Source: an uncultured Erysipelotrichaceae bacterium
GTDB lineage: Bacteria > Bacillota_I > Bacilli_A > Erysipelotrichales > Erysipelotrichaceae
Length of the DNA stretch: 32,000 nt
Assembly (NCBI GenBank): GCA_964401865.1
Contig: CAYNZZ010000001.1
Span: 205,441 to 237,440 of the forward strand
Direction of reading: 5' to 3'
The notes beneath the pieces were generated by a model. That model saw only the letters and a program-made list of their open reading frames with translations, made no database searches and had not been told where the DNA came from. Each line of letters starts with the position of its first letter. The first letter of the stretch is position 1. The position numbers and the translations under genes were made by a program. Positions 16,897-25,361 of the stretch are shown here, one piece after another.

Positions 16897-17391
16897 ATGG
16901 CAAAAGAAAAGCCCGCGACAAAAAAGTGTAAAAAGTGTCAAACAGAAATACCATACAATGCTAAAAAATGTCCGCATTGTCTAAGTAAACAAGGGATGGC
17001 ATTGTGGTTGAAAGCTCTGATAGTTATTATTATTGTTTTTGGAATAGCAGGAATCAGTGGAGGAACTACAGGTACTAGCGGTTCAAATGTCAACAATAAT
17101 GGCAATGTTCAACAAGAAACGGTTAAGAAAGATAAATTTACAATCGAAGGCGATACAACTTCAGACTACGATGGTTTTGCACTATATATTGAAGGTGTTA
17201 TCAAAAATAATACAGATAAAGACATGAGTTATGTGCAAGTTACATTTAATTTATATGATGCTGAAGGAAATCAAATCGGAACAGCGCTTGATAACATAAA
17301 TAACCTAAAAGCCGGAGGAACATGGAAATTCAAAGCTATGGGTATTGAAAATGCTACTTCATATGAGTTAGCAGAAATTACCGGTTTTTAA
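16897..17391 (+). CDS. Zinc-ribbon / FxLYD domain-containing membrane protein
   Basis: 164 aa with an N-terminal CKKC...CPHC zinc ribbon, one TM helix and an extracytoplasmic domain carrying the FNLYD (FxLYD) motif. SD AAGGAGG lies upstream. Confidence 0.8.
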   Translation: MAKEKPATKKCKKCQTEIPYNAKKCPHCLSKQGMALWLKALIVIIIVFGIAGISGGTTGTSGSNVNNNGNVQQETVKKDKFTIEGDTTSDYDGFALYIEGVIKNNTDKDMSYVQVTFNLYDAEGNQIGTALDNINNLKAGGTWKFKAMGIENATSYELAEITGF

Positions 17392-17413
17392 TAAAAGTAA
17401 ATAATAGAAATTA

Positions 17414-17457
17414 AAATAGGGTACACAAGATCATTGATCTAAATGGACTCTATTTTT
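17414..17457 (+). terminator. Probable terminator after the FxLYD gene
   Basis: AAATAGGGT (17414-17422) pairs with ACTCTATTT (17447-17455). AGATC/GATCT (17428-17440) is nested inside, and a T-run follows. Confidence 0.45.
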
Positions 17458-17506
17458 ATATTTGTGCTCTTTAAGGTTGAGTTTACGGCTTTAAAATTAT
17501 AAAATT

Positions 17507-17932
17507 TTGAATATGAATAGATTATTAGAATTATTTAAGAAGTATAAAGAACCCATTTTATATATTGTATTTGGTGGTTTTACTACTGTTGTCAATTTGG
17601 TATCTTATGCAATATTCACAAGGCTCTTAGATATTAATGATTACATTGCGATTTTCTTGTCTTGGGCATTAGCGGTATTTTTTGCTTATATTACTAATAA
17701 AATATGGGTGTTTGAATCTAGAAGTACTAATCCAAAACAATTACTAAAAGAAATAGTTTCTTTTACTTCGGCTAGAGTAGCTACTTTGGGATTGGAATAT
17801 GTCATTATGTTTGTAGGTGTTGATTTATTGCACTTTAATGATATGCTGGTAAAGGTAATTGCTCAATTTGTGGTTATTGCTTCAAATTATGTCTTTTCCA
17901 AGTTATTTATTTTCAAAAAGGATGAAAAATGA
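17507..17932 (+). CDS. GtrA family membrane protein
   Basis: 141 aa with 4 TM helices and the GtrA-like pattern (FGGFTTVVNLVSYAIF ... NYVFSKLFIFKK). The start is uncertain: TTG 17507 or ATG 17513. Confidence 0.85.
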   Translation: MNMNRLLELFKKYKEPILYIVFGGFTTVVNLVSYAIFTRLLDINDYIAIFLSWALAVFFAYITNKIWVFESRSTNPKQLLKEIVSFTSARVATLGLEYVIMFVGVDLLHFNDMLVKVIAQFVVIASNYVFSKLFIFKKDEK

Positions 17933-18366
17933 TATTAGTTGTACAATGTGTTACCAGTGCTTCGTGTATTGTCGAAGAAAAGATAACTGGCAAAATAGAT
18001 AAAGGCTATATGGTGTTAGTTGGTATTGGCAATGATGACGATAAAGCAACATGCGAGAAAATGGCGAAGAAATTGAGCAAACTTCGTGTTTTTGAAGATG
18101 AAGATGGCAAAATGAATTTAGATATCCATAATATTGGCGGCGAAATATTATCAATATCTCAATTTACTTTGTATGCCGATACTAAAAAGGGTAATAGACC
18201 AAGTTTCATCAATGCAAGAACTGGCGAAGAAGCAATATCCTTATACGAGTATTTTAATGATTGCCTAAGAAGCGAAGGGATAAATGTTGAGGTCGGAGTG
18301 TTTGGTGCCTATATGGAAATTGAGTTAGTCAATGATGGGCCAAAGACATTTATATTGAGGAGTTAG
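17929..18366 (+). CDS. dtd: D-aminoacyl-tRNA deacylase
   Basis: 145 aa with VVQCV, SQFTLYADTKKGNRPSF and NDGPKTF motifs. The ATGA overlaps the gtrA-like stop. Confidence 0.93.
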   Translation: MILVVQCVTSASCIVEEKITGKIDKGYMVLVGIGNDDDKATCEKMAKKLSKLRVFEDEDGKMNLDIHNIGGEILSISQFTLYADTKKGNRPSFINARTGEEAISLYEYFNDCLRSEGINVEVGVFGAYMEIELVNDGPKTFILRS

Positions 18367-18369
18367 CTT

Positions 18370-19215
18370 ATGAATATAGTATATGGAAGTGAAATATCTA
18401 AAAAGATGAAAGATAAGATTAAAAGTGAAATTGAATCTTATAGTCATTTTAGAAAACCACATATTGTAGTTATAATGGTTGGTAATAATCCGGCGTCAGC
18501 CTCTTATGTTCGTGGTAAAGAAAAAGCATGTGCTGAAGTAGGAATGTTATTTACCTTATGGAAATTAAATGAAAATATTAGTGAAGAAGAATTGATTGAT
18601 CAAATTAATCAATTTAATTATAAAGATGATGTTGATGGCATATTAATACAACTTCCTTTACCGAAGCATTTAAATGAGAGAAAAGTATTGGAAACAGTTC
18701 TTCCCAGTAAAGATGTTGATGGTTTAACAACTCATAATATGGGTAAACTATTTCTAAATGAAGAAGGTTTTTATCCTTGCACACCGCTTGGAGTAATTGA
18801 AATATTAAAAGAAATGAATGTTGACTTATGCGGTAAAAATGTCGTGATAATCGGTAGAAGTATGCTTGTTGGTTTGCCACTAGCCAGACTTTTAATATCG
18901 AAGAATGCCACTGTTACTGTATGTCATTCCAAAACCAACAATCTTAAAGAGATATGCAAAAACGCCGATGTCCTAATACCGGCTATTGGCAAAGCGAAAT
19001 ATATTGATCATAAATATATTAAAGAAGGAGCTTATGTCGTAGATGTGGGAGTTAATCGTCTTGACGGTCATCTGTGTGGCGATGTAGATTTTGATGATGT
19101 TAAGGATATGGTAAGTGCAATTACTCCGGTGCCAAAAGGAGTCGGTCCTATGACAATAGCTTATTTATTAGAAAATACTATGCAAGCGTATCGCAAGAAT
19201 ATGGGGGTCAAATAA
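18370..19215 (+). CDS. folD: Bifunctional methylenetetrahydrofolate dehydrogenase / methenyltetrahydrofolate cyclohydrolase
   Basis: 281 aa with SASYVRGKEKAC, GILIQLPLP, GRSMLVGLPLA and PVPKGVGPMT motifs. Confidence 0.95.
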   Translation: MNIVYGSEISKKMKDKIKSEIESYSHFRKPHIVVIMVGNNPASASYVRGKEKACAEVGMLFTLWKLNENISEEELIDQINQFNYKDDVDGILIQLPLPKHLNERKVLETVLPSKDVDGLTTHNMGKLFLNEEGFYPCTPLGVIEILKEMNVDLCGKNVVIIGRSMLVGLPLARLLISKNATVTVCHSKTNNLKEICKNADVLIPAIGKAKYIDHKYIKEGAYVVDVGVNRLDGHLCGDVDFDDVKDMVSAITPVPKGVGPMTIAYLLENTMQAYRKNMGVK

Positions 19216-19430
19216 TGATTGAGAATTATAAATTAAATGACATCGTACAAATGAAAAAAGATCATCCGTGTAAGAAGTCTCATTATTGGCGTATCATCAG
19301 AATGGGAGCGGACATTAAGATAAAATGTTTAGGTTGCGATGCGGTAGTTATGATGGAGAGAAGAGAATTCGAACGCAAGTGCAAGAAACTTATTGAAAGT
19401 GCGCCTGAAGAAAGCAAACAATTTATTTAG
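19215..19430 (+). CDS. DUF951 family protein
   Basis: 71 aa with the HPC...W.IIRMGADIKIKC.GC pattern typical of DUF951. The ATGA overlaps the folD stop. Confidence 0.85.
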   Translation: MIENYKLNDIVQMKKDHPCKKSHYWRIIRMGADIKIKCLGCDAVVMMERREFERKCKKLIESAPEESKQFI

Positions 19431-19433
19431 CAT

Positions 19434-19473
19434 AAATCTATCGAGTATAAGAGCATACTTGGTAGATTTTTTT
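19434..19473 (+). terminator. Strong intrinsic terminator of the folD-DUF951 operon
   Basis: AAATCTATCGAGTAT (19434-19448) / ATACTTGGTAGATTT (19455-19469) form a 15-bp stem with two G-U pairs and a 6-nt loop, then a T-run. It abuts the stop codon of the convergent recombinase gene. Confidence 0.8.
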
Positions 19474-20068
19474 ATTTGCCATGTGCCCATCTTAAAAAAG
19501 TATCTTGAGAAATATTTAAGCATTTTGCTGCTTCTCTTGAACTGATTGTTTTATTTTCCCATTCTTTTTTAAGATCATAGAAATTATTTGGAATTTCCTT
19601 TCGCGGTCTACCAAATTTAACTCCTCTAAGTTTGGCAGCCACGATACCTTCTTTTTGTCTTTGAAGAATATTTTCACGCTCTGTTTCAGCAACATAAGAC
19701 AATATTTGTAATACCAAGTCGGCAACAAAGATACCTGTTAAATCACCATTTGATTTATTAGTATCTAAAAGAGGCATGTCTAAAACAACCATGCGCACTC
19801 CTTTTTCCTTGGCAATAATGCGCCATTGTTGGAGTATTTCTTCGTAATTACGACCTAATCGATCGATAGATTTAATTACTAAAGTGTCGCCTTGGCGGAT
19901 TTTTCTAAGCATTTTTTGGTATTGGGGACGATTAAAGTCTTTCCCACTGAGTTTATCAATATAGATATTATTTTTTAAAACTGGATATTCATTTAAAGCG
20001 ATTAGTTGTCTATCTTCATTTTGTTCTTTAGTAGATACTCTGGCATATCCATATACTTTAGAATTCAT
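19472..20068 (-). CDS. Small serine recombinase (resolvase/invertase family)
   Basis: The N-terminal catalytic motif is VYGYARVSTKEQNEDRQ, with DRLGRN further in, the E-helix (VAETERENILQRQKEGI), GRP and a C-terminal HTH. The track start at TTG 20092 is unlikely. ATG 20068 lies 6 nt after GAGGAG and gives 198 aa. Confidence 0.9.
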   Translation of the reverse strand: MNSKVYGYARVSTKEQNEDRQLIALNEYPVLKNNIYIDKLSGKDFNRPQYQKMLRKIRQGDTLVIKSIDRLGRNYEEILQQWRIIAKEKGVRMVVLDMPLLDTNKSNGDLTGIFVADLVLQILSYVAETERENILQRQKEGIVAAKLRGVKFGRPRKEIPNNFYDLKKEWENKTISSREAAKCLNISQDTFLRWAHGK

Positions 20069-20232
20069 ATTTAACTCCTCTATTGCAGTCAAAAAATCAT
20101 AGTTTTATTAAAACCGTGATTTAACAAATTGATTTATTATCTATTGTTTGAGTAAATGATATTTTAGTTCATCTTAAAGTTAAAAAATAATTACATAAAC
20201 TAATCGAATCATTACATATTCCGACTGATAAT

Positions 20233-20268
20233 GTAGAATTTATCGTTCTATAGTAGAATTTATCGTTC
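20233..20268. repeat. Two copies of a 16-bp direct repeat, GTAGAATTTATCGTTC, with a 20-bp period
   Basis: The copies at 20233-20248 and 20253-20268 are identical. They lie immediately upstream of a TATAAT at 20277-20282 in the recombinase-adhesin intergenic region. Confidence 0.9.
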
Positions 20269-20280
20269 GGAAGGGATATA

Positions 20281-20482
20281 ATAATTTGTACACAAGGGTG
20301 ATGGGTTTTTGAGCAGTTTTTGTACAAAAAGAAGAAGAAAATTCATACTTGTGCAATGCAATAATGTTGCACGAAATGTTCTGATTTTTAAAGCGATGAT
20401 AAAGAATGATATCGACAAGGGGGAGGCAGCAGTATGACTTATAAAGGTAACCACAAGTTTATGTACAAATTGTTTTGTACAT
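20281..20482. promoter_or_regulatory. Cluster of four TGTACA-core dyads (consensus about TTTGTACAAA), a candidate recombinase or regulator binding/crossover site set
   Basis: TGTACA occurs at 20287-20292, 20321-20326, 20462-20467 and 20476-20481. TTTTTGTACAAAAA (20317-20330) is a perfect palindrome. ATGTACAAA-ttgt-TTTGTACAT (20461-20482) is a perfect 9-bp-arm dyad inside the adhesin signal-peptide codons. Confidence 0.5.
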
Positions 20483-23400
20483 TTCTTTGCGTTTGTTTAC
20501 TAGGGACAAATGTAACTGGAGCTTTAGCTGAATCAACAGTGAAACCTGTAGTTTATTCTGAAGACGGAATTGTAGATGATTCGCCGTCAATAGATGAACA
20601 AAACACAGAAGATAATACATTTGAAATTGCCAATGAGCAGGAAGAAACTAAGAATACAGAAAATGTTACTGATGATGAAACGGAAATTGAAAACAATCCT
20701 CTTTACATTGTTTCGTATGAATTGTTAGATACGCAAGAATTTTTGGTTGATTATGATGGAGAATTATATTTAAGTTTGCCAGGTGCAGACAAACAAGACT
20801 TAAGTGAAGAATTGATAATCGAAATGCTTCCTAAAGAAGTGAAAGCTACTCTATCAAATGATGAAGAAAAAGTTCTTTCTATAACTTGGGATCTTTCTGA
20901 TTTTTTTGGTGATAATGTCGAAATGGCAAGTGATAAAACTTATCGTTTTGTTGCTTCAATCGATAGCGAATATGCTTATAAAGAAAACTTAGAACAACCA
21001 TATGTTTTATTTACTTTTGGTGGCGCAGAAACATATGATGATAATGGTTATACTGGCACTCGTATACCAATAACTGGTAATAAAGATGAAGTGCTTAAAC
21101 AACATCAGGTAAAGGGTATGACGCCAAAAGGTTCGGTTATAGATTTATTTGATTATAGTTTTAGTGAGACATTAACAGACGACGATCTTTTACCAAATGG
21201 TGCTAAATTTGAAAATTACAGTACCTTAATAAATGAAGGTGCATTGTTGCTATTTGGTGGTTCAGCTATGCGTGAAGCAGGTTTTTGGAACTTAGGTTCA
21301 GGAGCAGCACGCCCATGGGGTAAAGCAAATTTAAATATGAACGGAATCGTTAAGCGCGTGCTTGAGAATGGCTATCCATATATTAATTTAGATGATGCAC
21401 GTAGTGAACTTCCGAACGCGACAGGAACAGAAGCTGATGATTGGGGTAAAGAAATATTTATGGATATTGCCAATTTAAATCATGCGGAATTTGAAGGTGC
21501 CGGTGTAGATGCTGCTAGAGCTTTATCAACAAAATTATTGAATAGTCGTGGTTTGACCGTTGGAGCAGATGGAAAAGTTAGTGGAACATGCAAAAAAGCA
21601 TCACTACAATATTTGTTTGATGCCGATGTAGAAACTGATGGTAAAGAGTCATATAAAAATGTAACAGGTTTATTCCAAATGGATGAAAATGGTTACTACT
21701 ATTATGACGCTCGTAAAAACTTTGCTGAATTTAATCAATCTACCTCTGCAACAAGTGATGGTTCGTTTACCTTATATGACGGACCTGCAGTATGGCGTAC
21801 TGATAGCGGATATAATCCAAACACAAATACATTTGACGGCGATAAGAGTTTAGGAAATTTCTTCCCATTTGATAAAGCGTCAAAAGTTTTTGATTCCATT
21901 CAAACTGCGGATAAAAACGGAAATCCTACTAACATTCTTTCTAGTTCTGATAAAATTACAAATTTATCTAATGAAGTACGAGCTAATCACTATTTCGGAA
22001 TGAAAATGACTCTGAATTTTACTCAACCAGAAAATGGTAAGTTGAATATGGGTTCATCTGGAAAACAAGATATGATATTTGAATTCTCTGGAGATGATGA
22101 TGTTTGGATTTTCGTTGATGATGTGCTAGTTATTGATTTGGGCGGAATACATAGTGAGCTATATGGCACTATTAACTTTAGTACCGGCGAAGTTATTACT
22201 GGACAAAGCTGGCGAACTAATGGTTTACCAAATGACCCAGGAAATATGGAAGGCGATCGCAAGACAACTCTTTATGAACTATTCGTTGATGCTTTAGGTC
22301 AAGAGGGAGCTGATGCTATTCGTTGGACAAATAATGGTGCTGGTCAAAAAGTATTTTCAACTGGTACTATGCATAACATAAAATTATTCTATTTAGAGCG
22401 TGGCAATTACGATTCAAGCTTATCAATGCGTTTTAATCTTCAACCACAACTATATCACAGCATTAAGAAAGCCGATCAAAACGGCAATCCACTCGAGAAT
22501 GTTGAATTTGAGCTATATGCTGCTGAAGCGAAAAATGGTAATAGTACCGATATTGCTGACTATGAAATAATTGGCGAAAAAATTGGTACATTGATTACAG
22601 GCAAAGATGGTACTTCATCATTTGTTAGAACCGATGGTTCACCTTTTAGCTTTATTGATCGTTATCATCAGACTGGAGTATTGCATTACATCCTAAAAGA
22701 AACTAAGACCGCTGCTGGTTATCGCAGTTTACCAAAAGATATTGTATTAAGATTTGATCCTAATAATTCTATGCTTGTTGTTGCTAATCGTTATCAAACT
22801 GGTGCTTATGCAAGTTTCTTTTCTAACATACGTGAAACAGGAGAAGTAACTTATGGTCAATTTGATACTGGTACAGGTGCGATTGTTCCAAGTGATAGTG
22901 TTTTACAAGCAAATAATAAGAAGAATGGTTTAATTATTGCGGTTCCGATGCTTTTGCAAGGTAGTATGTCAAATGGTAAATGGGTAGCGCTTTATGGAAG
23001 CAATGCTGATGGTTATGGGGCAATTGTGCCAAGTGAACGTAGTGCAGAAGCATGGCGTAAAGCAATACTTAAAGCAGCGTTATATCAAGCTAGTGATGAA
23101 CGTTGGCCAGAATGGTATATTACATATAATGATAATGATGAAAAACTAGAAGGTTTATTACAAGATTTGCCAGGTCGTTCTGATAGATATCTGCTTACTA
23201 ATAAAAATGGCGATATGAAAATGGTATATGGTATTATCGAAAAAAGTGCATTGAATAAATTAGGAATCACTGGTAATAATTCTGCCGAATTGTATGACGC
23301 TCTTGAAAAATATGTATCTGATGCAGTTGCAAACGGTATAAATAATGGGCAAGATATTGATAAAGTAATCGATGAAATTATTAAAAAACTTGATATAAGT

Positions 23401-24678
23401 TCGGCCAATTTTGATAATCGTGATTTTTCGTTCCTTAATACCGATCAGTTCCAAAGAGAATTTCGTTCGATAATTCATATTCCAAATGAGCGTCGCGAGC
23501 TTCGTGTTTTGAAGGTTGATGAAGACGGCAAGGGAATTAATGGTGTTGAATTTACATTAGTTGCACCTGATGGAACAGAAATCAAAGGCACTACTGCCAA
23601 TATTGACGGGCAAGATGGTATGCTTATTTTTAGACCTGATGTAAATACTGCAAATGGATATGCTGAAGTTAAGTGGGCAGATGTTAATTCAAAATATGTC
23701 TTAAAAGAAACAAATGTTCCACAAGGATATGAGAAAAATGAGACAAAAATACCGGTAATTGTAGGCATTTACTCAATCTATGCCGATGCCGGAAGTAAAG
23801 AAGACGGAGTAACTGTCATGGCAGGTGTCGGTAAGTTGGCACAAACAATGGTTAAGTACGCAGCTGACGACATTGTGAATATCACTTTAAGAGATATTAC
23901 TGCGATAGCCCAAGTACAAAAAACAGGTAATTTTAATTTAGATGGCTGGCAAGATGAAAAACTTGCAGGAACTAATATTTCAAGAAGTATGAATTTGCAT
24001 TATGGTATAAATGCGGTGGTTGATTATGGATTGCATGATGAAGATGGTGGTCAAAATATGTATCCGTTCTTTACGACTGATGAAGGCTTTTTGAGAACTC
24101 GCATTATTCAAAATACTTATGCATTACAAAATGCTCAGTATCATAATAGCAACAATAAAGCTAATTGGGATAATTTGGATGGTATGGATTTAACTAATTT
24201 GTTCAGTTTGCAGAATACTGTTGTTGTAACTAATAAAAAAGCGGTTTCAGAAGATAACGGAAGTTTGAAAATCAGTAAGTTGGTATCCGGTTCTAATTTA
24301 AAAGATAGCGATTATGCTAAGAATTTTAGCTTCACAGTTGAGTTAAAGAATAGTGATGGCAGTCCGCTTGACGGAGAATACTATTACTATGGCGAACAAC
24401 GTGCCGGTTATATCAGTGATGGTGAAACTCTTTCTTTAGGACACGATGAAGCATTGACTATTCTTGGTTTACCAAATGGCACAAAATGGGCAATTAGAGA
24501 AAAAGCCGAAAACGGTTGGTCGCTGTTGTCGGGTAATGAAATTTCTGGAACGATAGAAACAAATAAAATTTCTTTAGCCGCTTTCGTCAACTATAAAGGT
24601 ATCAAAGAAGATAAACATGATAATAAACATAATCCGGTAATTGTTCCAAATACTGGAGTTAAAAAACAAACAAAGTAA
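20434..24678 (+). CDS. Large secreted surface/adhesin-like protein with a fibro-slime (PA14-like) domain and SpaA/CnaB-type prealbumin-fold domains
   Basis: 1414 aa. SD GGGGGAGG lies 7 nt before the ATG. The signal peptide is MTYKGNHKFMYKLFCTFLCVCLLGTNVTGALA-E, followed by an acidic linker. Fibro-slime signature: FFPFD ... FEFSGDDDVWIFVDDVLVIDLGGIH ... GNYDSSL (about nt 21850-22440). CnaB-like repeats: NVEFELY...LKETKTAAGY and GVEFTLV...LKETNVPQGY. The C-terminal domain ends in VPNTG. Confidence 0.9.
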   Translation: MTYKGNHKFMYKLFCTFLCVCLLGTNVTGALAESTVKPVVYSEDGIVDDSPSIDEQNTEDNTFEIANEQEETKNTENVTDDETEIENNPLYIVSYELLDTQEFLVDYDGELYLSLPGADKQDLSEELIIEMLPKEVKATLSNDEEKVLSITWDLSDFFGDNVEMASDKTYRFVASIDSEYAYKENLEQPYVLFTFGGAETYDDNGYTGTRIPITGNKDEVLKQHQVKGMTPKGSVIDLFDYSFSETLTDDDLLPNGAKFENYSTLINEGALLLFGGSAMREAGFWNLGSGAARPWGKANLNMNGIVKRVLENGYPYINLDDARSELPNATGTEADDWGKEIFMDIANLNHAEFEGAGVDAARALSTKLLNSRGLTVGADGKVSGTCKKASLQYLFDADVETDGKESYKNVTGLFQMDENGYYYYDARKNFAEFNQSTSATSDGSFTLYDGPAVWRTDSGYNPNTNTFDGDKSLGNFFPFDKASKVFDSIQTADKNGNPTNILSSSDKITNLSNEVRANHYFGMKMTLNFTQPENGKLNMGSSGKQDMIFEFSGDDDVWIFVDDVLVIDLGGIHSELYGTINFSTGEVITGQSWRTNGLPNDPGNMEGDRKTTLYELFVDALGQEGADAIRWTNNGAGQKVFSTGTMHNIKLFYLERGNYDSSLSMRFNLQPQLYHSIKKADQNGNPLENVEFELYAAEAKNGNSTDIADYEIIGEKIGTLITGKDGTSSFVRTDGSPFSFIDRYHQTGVLHYILKETKTAAGYRSLPKDIVLRFDPNNSMLVVANRYQTGAYASFFSNIRETGEVTYGQFDTGTGAIVPSDSVLQANNKKNGLIIAVPMLLQGSMSNGKWVALYGSNADGYGAIVPSERSAEAWRKAILKAALYQASDERWPEWYITYNDNDEKLEGLLQDLPGRSDRYLLTNKNGDMKMVYGIIEKSALNKLGITGNNSAELYDALEKYVSDAVANGINNGQDIDKVIDEIIKKLDISSANFDNRDFSFLNTDQFQREFRSIIHIPNERRELRVLKVDEDGKGINGVEFTLVAPDGTEIKGTTANIDGQDGMLIFRPDVNTANGYAEVKWADVNSKYVLKETNVPQGYEKNETKIPVIVGIYSIYADAGSKEDGVTVMAGVGKLAQTMVKYAADDIVNITLRDITAIAQVQKTGNFNLDGWQDEKLAGTNISRSMNLHYGINAVVDYGLHDEDGGQNMYPFFTTDEGFLRTRIIQNTYALQNAQYHNSNNKANWDNLDGMDLTNLFSLQNTVVVTNKKAVSEDNGSLKISKLVSGSNLKDSDYAKNFSFTVELKNSDGSPLDGEYYYYGEQRAGYISDGETLSLGHDEALTILGLPNGTKWAIREKAENGWSLLSGNEISGTIETNKISLAAFVNYKGIKEDKHDNKHNPVIVPNTGVKKQTK

Positions 24679-24688
24679 TTTAAATAAA

Positions 24689-24722
24689 ACAGGATGGCTA
24701 TGATATATGGCTATCCTGTTTT
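24689..24722. terminator. Bidirectional intrinsic terminator between the adhesin and DUF1836 genes
   Basis: ACAGGATGGCTAT (24689-24701) / ATGGCTATCCTGT (24707-24719) form a 13-bp stem with two G-U pairs and a 5-nt loop. An A-run lies upstream and TTTT downstream. Confidence 0.85.
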
Positions 24723-24737
24723 AGCATTGTATGATTA

Positions 24738-25250
24738 TTATTTATTAAAGATTTCATCTAATACGGCATATTCGGTATATATTTTACAAACCAATGTCTG
24801 AATGACACTATCCATCAATAGACGATGAGGTGTATTTCTTTCTTCCTGCACTAAATAATTTTTAGTTATTTTCTCGTGCAGAGCTTTATCAAATATTAAA
24901 GCGAATGAATTATAGGAAGCCATCAAATCGGCTTGTTTCATTGAAATTTGAATATCAATGAATTTAGTTATTTCTGAAAGAGTAAAAGATTTCTTTAACA
25001 GACAGACAATTATTAAATAAGCGACATGTTTGCGACTGTAGCGTTTCTTTTCCGGTGCTTTGACAATGGAATTCTTAACGTAATTATTTACTATACTTGA
25101 AGTAATTATTTTTTCATCGTTAAAGAACAATGGCCTTAACTGCTGATCGATGTAGTAAACGACTTGATCCATGTATAAGTCAAAATTAGGTAAATCATCC
25201 CACTTTGGAAATTGATATTTAGTTAAGGTTTCTTTGATATTTTCATTCAT
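24738..25250 (-). CDS. DUF1836 domain-containing protein
   Basis: 170 aa with FPKWDDLPNFDLYMDQVVYYI ... IVNNYVKNSIV.AP.KKRYSRKHVAYLI, matching the DUF1836 pattern. It sits in the usual divergent position next to a DegV gene. Confidence 0.8.
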   Translation of the reverse strand: MNENIKETLTKYQFPKWDDLPNFDLYMDQVVYYIDQQLRPLFFNDEKIITSSIVNNYVKNSIVKAPEKKRYSRKHVAYLIIVCLLKKSFTLSEITKFIDIQISMKQADLMASYNSFALIFDKALHEKITKNYLVQEERNTPHRLLMDSVIQTLVCKIYTEYAVLDEIFNK

Positions 25251-25361
25251 ATTTATAATTTAACATAATTATTTTCTTCATTCAATCTAGTATTTATCTC
25301 TAGATTACTTTACAATAGAAAGTACTAATGATAATTTTAATGAAACGATAGGAGAGAGCAA

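Noticed and set aside
20396-20437. A 13-codon uORF (MIKNDIDKGEAAV) ending in ATGA overlap with the adhesin start, and a 12-codon ORF from 20407.
   Set aside because: No SD precedes either ATG. They are most likely fortuitous in the AT-rich leader.
20260-20454. A 64-aa minus-strand ORF spanning the putative switch segment.
   Set aside because: It has a GTG start without an SD and a low-complexity hydrophobic or odd composition. It would be read only as a shadow of the regulatory region, and no fusion partner is created by the hypothetical inversion.
24655-24725. Frameshift at the A6 run that might restore a cell-wall anchor on the adhesin.
   Set aside because: Both alternative frames hit stops within 8-15 codons and encode no hydrophobic segment. 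The terminator follows immediately.
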